A stretch of 64,000 bases of DNA from an uncultured Verrucomicrobiota bacterium (GCA_903854475.1 CAINWP010000076.1:58112-122111); one strand, 5' to 3'. Counted from the stretch's first letter, positions 22,538-31,925 are shown. Translations and numbers: made by a program. The notes: generated by a model from the sequence alone, not told the origin.

Positions 22538-23422
22538 ATGAAGATATCGCTTCGTCCGTACCTCTGGACTGCACTGGTGGCCGCTTGGGTCGCCGTGGGT
22601 TGCTCCACTCACACCACCTCCGTCGGCACCGGTTCCCACTTCCGGGGTCCGGTTGGTATCCAGCTTTATAGCCTCCGGGCTCAATTCACCCGCAACGTTC
22701 CCCAGACCGTAGGAACGGTGAAAGGATTCGGTATTCAGGAGGTGGAGTTGGCCGGCAACTACAACCTGAAAAATCAGTCCTTTCGCCAGATGCTAGACCA
22801 GGCAGGCTTGAAGCCCATCGCCGGTCATTTTCCGATGGATCGCATCACTGGAGACACCGAGGTCGTGGCCAGGGAATGTCAGGAGTTGGGTATCCGGTAT
22901 GTCGGGGCGGCTTGGATTAAAGGCAAGGGCGAGTTTGACATTGAGGCCGCCCACAAGGCTGCGGCGGATTTCAACAAGGCCGGAAAAGCGCTGGCGGCGC
23001 ATGGCATCAAGGTCTTCTACCACTGCCATGGTTATGAATTCAAACACCGCGATAGTTCTGGTCTGAAGGCGATGGACATTCTTATTCGGGAAACCGATTC
23101 GCGCTACGTGGCCTTCGAAATGGACATCCTTTGGGTCCAATATCCGGGTGAGGATCCCGCTGCATGGCTGGCCAAGTATCCCGGTCGATGGGAGTTGATG
23201 CACTTGAAAGACTTGAAGAAGGGCGTGCCGACGGGTTTCCACAATGGTGGAACCGATCCCAACAACGACGTGGCATTGGGCACAGGTCAAATGGACTGGC
23301 CTAAGATTCTGAAGGCGGCCCAGAAGTCCGGGGTGAAACACTACTTCATCGAGGATGAATCGGCCTCTAGCGTGGAGCAAATCCCGCAGTCGTTGAAGTT
23401 CCTCGAGAGCGTGCGCTGGTAA
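22538..23422 (+). CDS. sugar phosphate isomerase/epimerase (xylose-isomerase-like TIM barrel), putative lipoprotein
   Basis: Lipobox-like WVAVGCS followed by AP-endonuclease-2/TIM-barrel family features (VELAGNY..., HCHGYEF, FEMDILW, FIEDE). Confidence 0.7.
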   Translation: MKISLRPYLWTALVAAWVAVGCSTHTTSVGTGSHFRGPVGIQLYSLRAQFTRNVPQTVGTVKGFGIQEVELAGNYNLKNQSFRQMLDQAGLKPIAGHFPMDRITGDTEVVARECQELGIRYVGAAWIKGKGEFDIEAAHKAAADFNKAGKALAAHGIKVFYHCHGYEFKHRDSSGLKAMDILIRETDSRYVAFEMDILWVQYPGEDPAAWLAKYPGRWELMHLKDLKKGVPTGFHNGGTDPNNDVALGTGQMDWPKILKAAQKSGVKHYFIEDESASSVEQIPQSLKFLESVRW

Positions 23423-23613
23423 CGCTCAGCGGGCCTGGAAGAGGGCGGTCCAAGAGGCCTAGAGACCTAGAGACCCAAAGCTTCGATTCATCTATCGGTC
23501 ACGGTCGCAGTTTTCAGACTAATCCTAGGGATGACCTTGGTTTCGCTTCGTTGAACTCCGGTGCCGTAATGGGCCCGGGGTTCTTAGTGTCGATAGAGCC
23601 CAGCTAGTGAGGA

Positions 23614-25677
23614 CTACTCCGGCTTGGGCATCTTGGAACCGAGTCGGATGTATTCCCAAAGGGCGCGAATGGTCTTGGGGCCATCGCCTTCGAGCACATC
23701 GGCTAGCGCACTCCTGCCCTCTTCATCAAAGTAGGCGGGCATCTTGGAATTGGGGTCCAAGGAAACGGGATTGCGCAACCAGCGGCGATAGAAGTCGGGC
23801 TGTAACCGTTCAAAGGAGTGAGCCAAGTTAATGCCCGGTGCCTCGAAGACTTGGGTCGCGCCGAAGTCGCCAACGCTGTGGCAGGATATACAGGCGAAGC
23901 CGCCAGAGGTTCCGATGAGTTTGTGGCCCACTTTGGCCAATTCGGCATCAGGAGCATCATCGAGCGCCGTCACCGGAGGCAGTCCATGGGCGGTGGCTAG
24001 GCCCTGGCCCAAGAAGGCAGCGTGGGTGGGAAACGCGGGCATCCGAGACTCCAACCACGGGCGAGGCTTCCACGACTCGGTTCCGCCAATGAACCGGCTG
24101 GCCCACTCGGGCTTTAGCTTGCCACCGAGGAGCTCCCAGGCAGGAAAGCCTTCGAATTTCCCGTGGCATTCCCTGCAATTCAGGGACATCGATTGTCGTT
24201 CCAGGAAGTCGGCGGCGGTGTGTCGGGTGAGCGAAGAACGGTCGGTCCGTCCGAATGCGGCCAGGGCTAGGCGATCGGCGGAGGAGAGAGTATAGCGGGG
24301 GGCTTTGGATTCAGGAGCGGGCGAGGAGGACAGACAGCCCGCGGTCCAAGCGTCGGGCTTGAGCTCGGCCAAGGCGGGAGCTTTAAAGGTGTTGGGGAGA
24401 TCCAGAGTGTGACAGTTGAGGCAGCCACTGCTCTGGACCAGATTCTTGCCCTTGAGGATGAGGGCTTCATTGGAGGGGATGGTCCGTTCCGAGGGTTTGT
24501 CAGCGGCAGATTCAAGGTAAGCGGCCAACTGGAACGCCTCTTCGTTAGAGAGCTTAAAGTCGGGCATGCCAATCCAAGCGAAGTGTTCCGAGGGCTTCAG
24601 GAGGAAGGCGACCAGAGCACCCGGAGTGAACTTGGCCAGCACCTGCTTTTGCGAAATCTTTGCCAGGTTGGCTTTGGAGTCGTCCGGCGCCACGTGGCAG
24701 GCGACGCAGTGGAGCTTTTCATACAGGGACTTGCCGGCTTCGACGTGGTCGGCGGAGGGAGAGGCACTCGGTGAGAGAGGGGTGGTCGCTTTAAGGGAAC
24801 CTAGGAAGGCCGCAATGGCGTCGGAGTGAGAGGCCGAGTCAGCCCCGTGGAAGAGCGAGGGCATTGGAGAGCCGGGTCGGAGGGATTCCGGGTTGGCGAT
24901 CCATTGTGCCATCCAAGACGAATGCCTCCGTGAGCCAATTCCAATGAATGCTGGAGCGTCGGCCTTTAGATCGGGCATGCCGCCCTGAGTGGTGTGACAG
25001 TGCGAGCACCGGAGTTCTGCAAACAGATCGCGGCCTCGTCGCAGCTGGTTGGCCGAGGTGATGTCTGCGCTGGCAGAGTGGCTGAGGGCAACCACGGGAA
25101 CGGGATTGAAGGGAACCTCTTTTCCGGACCAATACACACGCACGAGGGCCTCCCCGGTCTTAGGAGCCGAGTATTCGGTGACGAGTTTGTTGGCTCCCTT
25201 ATTGAGTCGGACCTTCGAGCTGTCGATCCACGCTGGGCTTTTGCCGTCGGCATCGAGCACAACCGCATCATTAATGGAAACTTTGAGATGACCCGTGAAG
25301 AGTCCATGGAAGGAGTATTCGCCTCGAAGATCAACGGAGAGCTCTCCAGACCAGGATGAGGTGAAGGGTCCCGGAACCAAAAAGGGTGTCGCGGGTTCTC
25401 CGGAAGGCACAAACAAGGCGATCCCGTCGGCAACTCGGTGATCGGATGAGGTTCCCGAGCGCAGAGTTTGAGCCAACCCGGCCGACGCTTCGGCTGCCAT
25501 CAGGTCATTCAGCGCGAAGAGCCCAAGGCAGACCGAGGAGAGCAGCACCACGCTGCGAATGAAGAGGCAAAAGAAACGCACGGCGGTGGATGGTAGACGG
25601 GCCCATAGGAGGGTCAAGCCAGCCTCCCGACCGATCCAAAGGAGGGGTGGGTGAAACGCAAATTCAACGGTCATCAA
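23614..25677 (-). CDS. exported PA14-like domain + five-CXXCH c-type cytochrome domain protein
   Basis: Signal/TM segment. PA14-like stretch GEYSFHGLFTGHLKVSINDAVVLD. Five haem motifs: CSHCH, CVACH, CLNCH, CRECH, CISCH. Confidence 0.8.
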   Translation of the reverse strand: MMTVEFAFHPPLLWIGREAGLTLLWARLPSTAVRFFCLFIRSVVLLSSVCLGLFALNDLMAAEASAGLAQTLRSGTSSDHRVADGIALFVPSGEPATPFLVPGPFTSSWSGELSVDLRGEYSFHGLFTGHLKVSINDAVVLDADGKSPAWIDSSKVRLNKGANKLVTEYSAPKTGEALVRVYWSGKEVPFNPVPVVALSHSASADITSANQLRRGRDLFAELRCSHCHTTQGGMPDLKADAPAFIGIGSRRHSSWMAQWIANPESLRPGSPMPSLFHGADSASHSDAIAAFLGSLKATTPLSPSASPSADHVEAGKSLYEKLHCVACHVAPDDSKANLAKISQKQVLAKFTPGALVAFLLKPSEHFAWIGMPDFKLSNEEAFQLAAYLESAADKPSERTIPSNEALILKGKNLVQSSGCLNCHTLDLPNTFKAPALAELKPDAWTAGCLSSSPAPESKAPRYTLSSADRLALAAFGRTDRSSLTRHTAADFLERQSMSLNCRECHGKFEGFPAWELLGGKLKPEWASRFIGGTESWKPRPWLESRMPAFPTHAAFLGQGLATAHGLPPVTALDDAPDAELAKVGHKLIGTSGGFACISCHSVGDFGATQVFEAPGINLAHSFERLQPDFYRRWLRNPVSLDPNSKMPAYFDEEGRSALADVLEGDGPKTIRALWEYIRLGSKMPKPE

Positions 25678-26060
25678 TCGGGCCGCGCGGTATCACCGAT
25701 TTGGGGGGTTCCATCGACGATGTCTGCGGCGGCGGTCGTTGGATTGCTCCATCGGGATAGCCGGACTCGGCCCACACGGTTGGACGAACGGTATACTTCC
25801 AGAAAGGAACCGGAGGGTGGCAGAGTGCTAAAGGAATAATCGAGGACTACAAACCGGAGGCGCTCATTGACCAGAACCACCGAGCCCACACTGGCATCGA
25901 GCGGGCGGATAACGGCTGGGAAGTCCGGAGCTGGCATGAGTATCTGGGCTCGCGAGGAGGCGGAGCATCCGCAAAGGGCCACCAAACCGACAACGAGAGC
26001 CGGCCCGAAGGCCGAGACCCATCCTCGGCGACGTAACCAATCCAAGAGAGGGGGCTGCAT
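25674..26060 (-). CDS. putative lipoprotein (128 aa), translationally coupled to the cytochrome gene
   Basis: ATG at 26060 (MQPPLLDWLRRRGW...LVALCGCSASS is signal plus Cys). Its stop overlaps the downstream start (ATGA at 25674-25677). Confidence 0.55.
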   Translation of the reverse strand: MQPPLLDWLRRRGWVSAFGPALVVGLVALCGCSASSRAQILMPAPDFPAVIRPLDASVGSVVLVNERLRFVVLDYSFSTLPPSGSFLEVYRSSNRVGRVRLSRWSNPTTAAADIVDGTPQIGDTARPD

Positions 26061-26363
26061 GGCGGACAGACAAGCATGCCCAGCGATCAGGTCAACCGTG
26101 TGGAGTGGCCAAAATTCGGTTCTGGCGTGCGGGATTGCTCCTGAGGCGTCGGCCGTTATGCTGCGACCTATGGATTGGCAGAAAATAGCGGCTCTGTGCG
26201 TGGTGGGAATCACGTTGGGGTTGTTCTTCTGGGCTCGATGGGGACCGCGGCGTTTGGGGAGCCGAGGGGGAGGGTGTGGCTGTTCGGGCGGCGCTTCAGC
26301 CAAGGCGGGACCTCGATTGATCGTGCAAGGTCGACGTGGAGAGCGTCCCCAGGTCCTTCTACG

Positions 26364-27107
26364 ATGAGCCTCATGCCTCTAGCAGTAAGGGTGTGTCTGC
26401 TGGTTCTTGTCGTTTGGACCGGACTGATGTCGGTCGCGGGCGCCGAAGAGTCCGCGGAGTCCCTGGGACGTGAGTGGGCCCAGCGGTTGCGCACGGTAGT
26501 TCCCCAAGATCCATCGACCAATCAGGCGGTCTTGAAGATCCGCAATCGGGAGGGACGCCGTCAGATTCCGGTGACAGTCATCACTCAACCGGGAAAGGGT
26601 CGTTGGTCGGTGGAATACCAAGTGGCAGGCGATGGCGGAAAGGGCGGGCGGGAGATTTCAAGGATCCACTACAATGCGGAGGGTCCTCCGACGTATGAAG
26701 CATGGGTCGAAGCTCCCGGGAAACCGTCCACCAAGGAGGGCCTAGCGCCTGGTGATAGAGTAATAGCTAACAGTGATTTTTTACTCAGTGAATTGGGTAT
26801 GGAGTTTCTTAACTGGAAAGAACAGCGCATTAACGGCCGAGAATTGAGCAATGGTCGATGGTGCAAGGTACTTGAAAGCACGTCCAAGAAACCCGAAGGA
26901 CCCGCGTCGGTCAGGTCGTGGATCGATGAAAAGCTGGGAGTGGTCTTGAGTGCTGAGGTTTATGACGCGCGCAACGTCCGACTCAAGCATTTCTCAATTA
27001 CCCAGTTCCGCGAGCAGGCTGACCGATGGACTTGCAGCGTGAGCATGGTCGACGACGTCCGCGGGACCAAGACCGAGTTGACGTTTGATGGCCCGGTTCC
27101 TCGATGA
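26364..27107 (+). CDS. LolA-like outer-membrane lipoprotein-sorting family protein (secreted)
   Basis: ATG 26364 with signal peptide MSLMPLAVRVCLLVLVVWTGLMSVAGA. About 250 aa with NSDFLLSELGMEF, resembling the SDFsyeDl motif of the LolA_like family. Confidence 0.5.
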   Translation: MSLMPLAVRVCLLVLVVWTGLMSVAGAEESAESLGREWAQRLRTVVPQDPSTNQAVLKIRNREGRRQIPVTVITQPGKGRWSVEYQVAGDGGKGGREISRIHYNAEGPPTYEAWVEAPGKPSTKEGLAPGDRVIANSDFLLSELGMEFLNWKEQRINGRELSNGRWCKVLESTSKKPEGPASVRSWIDEKLGVVLSAEVYDARNVRLKHFSITQFREQADRWTCSVSMVDDVRGTKTELTFDGPVPR

Positions 27108-27149
27108 CCCAGGGCGCAGATTGAGGGCGGAGATTCCGGCGGAGAGACC

Positions 27150-28664
27150 TTAGGACACCGATGAAGCACCGGCGGCCGGGGGCTGGAGCTTTGGGTCGGA
27201 GGTCTTGGTGGCATCCAAGGCTTCGCCGACCAATTCGGCGAGCGACAGGCTTGCGGCCAAGGAATTTTCAGCCTTCCGAATCGCGTCGAGAGCATGAGTC
27301 ACCGGATGGCGCCCAGCATCTTCGGCGGTTGAAAGATCCCTCCCATGAGCAGTCCGGATTGCGAGTAGGATGGATTGAAGGGACAGTTCGTTCAGGGGTT
27401 TAGCCGGTACGAACGCGGATTCTGCGCCCGAGGTTTCGTGCAAAAGGCCGGAGGTGGCCAGCGACTGCAGCAAGGAGGCAGCGAGTTTAGGAGGGATTCC
27501 CAATTGGTTGGCCAGTGACGCGGCAGCCGGAGGGCGCTCGCCCCGTTGGAAGCACATCCCAATGGCGGTCATCAAACGCAAGGCGGCGAATTCGCGCCCG
27601 TTTTGGTGGATCGAGTCGGCCTGACGGTCTTGAAGGTAAGCGCCACGGTTTTGGAAGACGTAGGCCACTTGCGATCCAAAGAGCAGGATCAACCAAGAAA
27701 AGTAGAGTCCGAGGAGGAACAGAGGCACAGCACCCAGGGAACCATAGATCTTGGAGTAGGTGACGACTCGGGTATTGTAGAGGGCTCCCAGTTGGGAGTT
27801 ACCCCACCAGAGGGTGGCGGCAACCGCTGCTCCAACGGCAGCCGATCGGGGATCGACCCGAGTATTGGGCATCAACAAGTAGAAGAGGCCAAAGGCAATG
27901 GTCAGCGTGATGATGGGGAGAAGGGCGGTGTTGAGCATGCCCAAGAGGGGGAGCCGGCGCATCCATTCAACGTGTTCGAAGGTGGCCTGGACATAACTGG
28001 AGGTGGTGACCAAGGCCAGGATGGCCGGCCCCAGCGTCAGAACGCCCCAGTAGAGGAGAATGCTGTTCCACCAGGACCGAGAGCGGGTGACACCCCAGAT
28101 GTCGTTGAAGGCCGCTTCGATGGTCCGCATCATTGAGATAGCGGCAAAGATCAGACCGATCATCGCGGTGATGCCGATGGTGCCGAATGGGATGTCTGAG
28201 ACGATCTTGACGATTTCGGTGACCACGGCCTCCTGCGAAACGTTGGCTCCTTGTTGACCCGACAATCCCAACGTGGGAGCCACATTTTGGACCAACTGAG
28301 AAATCCAGCGATCGATCGATTTCTTGGCGTTATCGATTTGGAAGATTCCCAGCATGCTGATCGCTACCGCCAGCAACGGCACCAAGGCCATCAGCGTCGT
28401 GTAGGCCAGGGCCGAGGCCCGGACTTGGCAGCGGTTCTTCCCGAAGAATCGGAGCACCAAAGCCCAGAAGTGGGTGAATTTCTGGAATGCGGACAGAGAC
28501 TCGGGATCCGGATGGGCGTGGACACCGTCGCGGAAGGTGGCCGCGACATCCGCCTGGATTTGTTGGAGACGCGAGGGCTTCGGCACGGGGTGACGGTACT
28601 CGGACTTCGTTGGTCTCGGCAACTCTCCATACCACCCGGCAAGGAATGGAGGCTGCCGGCCCAA
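27150..28664 (-). CDS. YihY/BrkB family membrane protein with a C-terminal winged-helix-like extension
   Basis: ASALAYTTLMALVPLLAV and FNDIWGV..R..W motifs with multiple TM segments. The C-terminal ~150 aa (REFAALRLMTAIGMCFQRGERPPAAASLANQLGIPPKLAASLLQSLATSGLL) look like an Rrf2-type wHTH. Start uncertain (TTG). Confidence 0.75.
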   Translation of the reverse strand: MGRQPPFLAGWYGELPRPTKSEYRHPVPKPSRLQQIQADVAATFRDGVHAHPDPESLSAFQKFTHFWALVLRFFGKNRCQVRASALAYTTLMALVPLLAVAISMLGIFQIDNAKKSIDRWISQLVQNVAPTLGLSGQQGANVSQEAVVTEIVKIVSDIPFGTIGITAMIGLIFAAISMMRTIEAAFNDIWGVTRSRSWWNSILLYWGVLTLGPAILALVTTSSYVQATFEHVEWMRRLPLLGMLNTALLPIITLTIAFGLFYLLMPNTRVDPRSAAVGAAVAATLWWGNSQLGALYNTRVVTYSKIYGSLGAVPLFLLGLYFSWLILLFGSQVAYVFQNRGAYLQDRQADSIHQNGREFAALRLMTAIGMCFQRGERPPAAASLANQLGIPPKLAASLLQSLATSGLLHETSGAESAFVPAKPLNELSLQSILLAIRTAHGRDLSTAEDAGRHPVTHALDAIRKAENSLAASLSLAELVGEALDATKTSDPKLQPPAAGASSVS

Positions 28665-28852
28665 TTAATCCGCATGAGAGCGCTCGTGCTGGAAGGATTG
28701 AGTGAGCAGGGAAGGGAGAGCAGGGCTGAATTTGTTGTAAGACGGTGCGTGAGTGGGTCTATGGCCGGATTCAGGTCTGTAACGAGCAAGCAACGAAGCC
28801 TTTGTAGAAGAAGACCCGATAAGAACGACCGATCCTGCTAAATCGTTGAGGG

Positions 28853-30841
28853 TTAGAGGTCGCCGCAGCACTGATTGTGGGCCCCTGGGGCGTCTAAGTG
28901 TTCCTCCGAGCAGCAGGCATTGGGCTCGGATTCCTCCTTCGACGGAGCTGCCATCATACGTTTGAGGAAGAGACTCAAGACCGAGACATCGGCGGGGGTG
29001 ACACCGCTGATTCGGCCTGCCTGACCCAAGGAGGAAGGTTGAATGGATTGGAGCTTCAAGCGCGCCTCGATTCGCAGGCTGGGTACTTGTCCATAGTCTA
29101 AAGAGGTCGGGATGCTTTGACTCTCCCAAAGACGCTGACGATCGACCTCGGCTTCTTGCCGATCGATGTAGCCAGCGTATTTGAGGGTGATTTGGACCTG
29201 CAGAGTGACCTCGTCGGGCAAATCGGTTCGGAGGCCGGGCAGGGTACGATACTCGACTTCCGGCCGCTTGAGGAGATCGGACAGGAGGTCCTGACCATGT
29301 CGGGTGGTTTGAAGTCGACGGACTTCTTCTTGGATCGATAGAAGTTTGGTGGAGAATCGATCAAAGTGCCGCTGAGGCAGTAAACCGATGTCCCGACCGA
29401 TGGGGCTCAGGCGTTGGTCAGCATTGTCCTGACGGAGGAGGAGGCGGTATTCGGCCCGACTCGTGAACATCCGGTAAGGCTCCAAGGTGCCTTTGGTGAC
29501 GAGATCGTCGATGAGAACCCCAATGTAAGCCTGATCTCGTCGGAGGACGATTGGGTCTTTGCCTTGAACTCGTCGGGCGGCATTGATACCGGCCATGATT
29601 CCTTGGGCGGCGGCTTCCTCGTAGCCCGACGTGCCATTGATTTGGCCCGCTAGGAACAGATTCTGGCAGCAGCGGGTTTCTAGGCTGGGAGAGAGTTGGG
29701 TGGGATCGGAGAAGTCATACTCTACCGCATAGGCGGGCCGGAGGATTTCGGCGTGTTCGCAACCAATAATAGAACGAACCATTTCCACCTGAACTTCGAA
29801 GGGGAGGCAGGTCGAGAACCCGTTGACGTAGATTTCGTCGGTCGCGATCCCTTCCGGTTCTAAGAAAATCTGATGTTTGGGTTTTTCGGCGAATCGGACG
29901 AATTTATCCTCAATGCTCGGACAATAGCGGGGTCCAACGCCCTCAATGACACCGGAGTACATTGGGGACTTGTGCAGGTTCTGCAGGATGATTTCCCGGG
30001 TGCGGTCGGTGGTATGAGTGATGTAACAGGGTTCCTGACCGCCATGTCTGGCGAGGATGGATCCAGGAGGGTAGGGCCCAGGAGGAGGCGTGGAACATCC
30101 GGTACGTTGTTCCACGTGGAACAAAGGATCATTCCAGAGGTCCTCTTTCCAATAAGTGAACCAAGGAACTGGTTCATCGCCGTGTTGGGGCTCAGTCCGG
30201 GTGAAATCGATGGACTGACGGACTAATCGAGGGGGCGTACCGGTCTTTAGGCGACCGAGTCGGAGACCTACCGCGGCCAGGGACCCTGACAGGCCTGTGG
30301 CCGCCGATTCACCGGCGCGACCGCCAGACTGTTGATTGGCCCCAATGTGCATGAGGCCCCGCAGAAATGTCCCGGTGGTTACAATGACTGTTTCGGCGAG
30401 GAATTGGACCTCCAGGGCGGTCTCGACCCCATAAACCCGTCCGTCACGATGGAGGAGACTCACTGTTTGGCCTTGTTTGCAGTCGAGGAGCGGTTGGCGC
30501 TCGCAAACCCATTTTAAACGGAACTGGTAGGCCTTTTTATCGCATTGCGCCCTGGGAGCCCATACCGACGGCCCCTTCTTCGTGTTGAGCATCCGGAATT
30601 GCAGGCCGCAAAGATCGGTGGTCTTTCCCATTTCACCGCCTAGGGCATCGATTTCGCGGGTGAGGTGTCCTTTGGCAAGGCCTCCAACAGCGGGATTGCA
30701 GGACATTTGCCCAATGGTGTCTAGATTGATGGTCAACAGGAGCGTTTTGCAACCCATCCGAGAGGCCGCCAAAGCCGCTTCAACCCCAGCATGCCCAGCC
30801 CCCACCACAATGACATCATACCGCTTTGGATAGACGAACAT
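28853..30841 (-). CDS. mnmG: tRNA uridine-5-carboxymethylaminomethyl(34) synthesis enzyme MnmG (GidA)
   Basis: YDVIVVGAGHAGVEAALAASRMGCKTLLLT FAD motif and full-length GidA similarity. ATG at 30841. Carries an extra C-terminal tail ending CCSEEHLDAPGAHNQCCGDL. Confidence 0.95.
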   Translation of the reverse strand: MFVYPKRYDVIVVGAGHAGVEAALAASRMGCKTLLLTINLDTIGQMSCNPAVGGLAKGHLTREIDALGGEMGKTTDLCGLQFRMLNTKKGPSVWAPRAQCDKKAYQFRLKWVCERQPLLDCKQGQTVSLLHRDGRVYGVETALEVQFLAETVIVTTGTFLRGLMHIGANQQSGGRAGESAATGLSGSLAAVGLRLGRLKTGTPPRLVRQSIDFTRTEPQHGDEPVPWFTYWKEDLWNDPLFHVEQRTGCSTPPPGPYPPGSILARHGGQEPCYITHTTDRTREIILQNLHKSPMYSGVIEGVGPRYCPSIEDKFVRFAEKPKHQIFLEPEGIATDEIYVNGFSTCLPFEVQVEMVRSIIGCEHAEILRPAYAVEYDFSDPTQLSPSLETRCCQNLFLAGQINGTSGYEEAAAQGIMAGINAARRVQGKDPIVLRRDQAYIGVLIDDLVTKGTLEPYRMFTSRAEYRLLLRQDNADQRLSPIGRDIGLLPQRHFDRFSTKLLSIQEEVRRLQTTRHGQDLLSDLLKRPEVEYRTLPGLRTDLPDEVTLQVQITLKYAGYIDRQEAEVDRQRLWESQSIPTSLDYGQVPSLRIEARLKLQSIQPSSLGQAGRISGVTPADVSVLSLFLKRMMAAPSKEESEPNACCSEEHLDAPGAHNQCCGDL
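30108..30123. promoter_or_regulatory. parS: parS-type ParB-binding palindrome (inside the mnmG coding sequence)
   Basis: Perfect 16-bp palindrome TGTTCCACGTGGAACA (18 bp with flanks), against the widely conserved parS consensus TGTTNCACGTGAAACA. An extra half-site GTGGAACA lies at 30090-30097. Confidence 0.75.
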
Positions 30842-30905
30842 GCGATGAGGGTATTGATTTCTTCTCAATCAGCAATCTTAGGCCGAGGCGGTGATTTGAA
30901 TCGAA

Positions 30906-30921
30906 TGTTCCACGTGGAACA
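30906..30921. promoter_or_regulatory. parS: parS-type ParB-binding palindrome (intergenic, upstream of mnmG)
   Basis: Identical perfect palindrome TGTTCCACGTGGAACA, 65 bp upstream of the mnmG start. Confidence 0.75.
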
Positions 30922-31625
30922 GTGGGGAGAAGCGAGGTTGAAGCGGCCACTGTCGGTAGATTCCGGAACGTTGCTGAGATCCAACCTGACCCAAACGCCT
31001 CCGAGGTAGGGCGATTTCTCCGAAAGCGCCACGTCGGCAGACACAGACCGCCGAAGTGACCGAGTGAAAACCGATGAAACCTGCCGGTTTGACAACCACT
31101 GAGCCAAAAAACTCAACGGATCATCGATTCGGCCTGAGCCTGTTGGTTGCCCCAACGAATTCTTATCAACTCTGGTCGGCCCCAGACGCATTCTGCCTCA
31201 TCCGGAAGGAGGAAGAAACGCTGGCGCTCATCTTGGACAAAATCGGATTCGAGGCTCAGGCAATACCGCGGATTTCAAAGAGGCAACTATCTGTGAATTT
31301 CGGAACGTTGTTGAGATTCGACCCACAACACTGGTTCAAATCGGTTAAAAACTAGAAAAATAACGATAACGAAACAGGTTTCTTAGGAATTCCGAGATGA
31401 GAAATCCTAAAGCAACAGCTCTGCAGAAGATTGTCCGTCCCAGATTGCAAGGGTCGCTTGGCAACCATTCGCAGGATTCTGTGGCTATGGAGATGCCTTC
31501 GATAGGGTCGATGGACCGACGGGGTGCCTAGGTGTGATGGGTAAAATCTAAACCACCAATTTAGAGCTTGCTAACTCGAGTTAGAGACGATCTGTTACCC
31601 CCTGAAACTCTCATATAAGAACTCT

Positions 31626-31925
31626 ATGAAACTGATCCTCGCTGTTGCGGTTCTGGCCGCCCTGTCCACCGCTACCTTCGCCAAAGAAGTGACCCTGACG
31701 GGCGAAGGCAAGTGCCTGAAGTGCGCCCTCAAGAAGGCTGACAAGTGCCAGAACGTCGTCGAAGTGAAAGAAGGCGATCATACCACCACCTACAAGTTGA
31801 CCGGTGATGTCTCCAAGGGTTTCCACAAGGAACTCTGCAGCGAGACCAAGAAGGTCAAAGTGACCGGAACCTTGGACAAGGAACACAGCGAGTTGGCCGT
31901 GACCAAGATCGAGGCCGTCAAGTAA
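31626..31925 (+). CDS. small secreted Lys-rich four-Cys protein (99 aa)
   Basis: Signal peptide MKLILAVAVLAALSTATFA. The mature part has GKCLKCALKKADKC...ELC. A strong intrinsic terminator follows directly. Confidence 0.75.
   Translation: MKLILAVAVLAALSTATFAKEVTLTGEGKCLKCALKKADKCQNVVEVKEGDHTTTYKLTGDVSKGFHKELCSETKKVKVTGTLDKEHSELAVTKIEAVK

Noticed and set aside
31074-31355. 93-codon ORF (and the opposite-strand ORF 30865-31191) in the gene-free region upstream of mnmG
   Set aside because: Third-codon positions are AT-rich, unlike neighbouring genes. There is no signal or motif, and the ORFs overlap the parS site and the direct repeats. I treat the region as non-coding, though a small acquired gene cannot be excluded.
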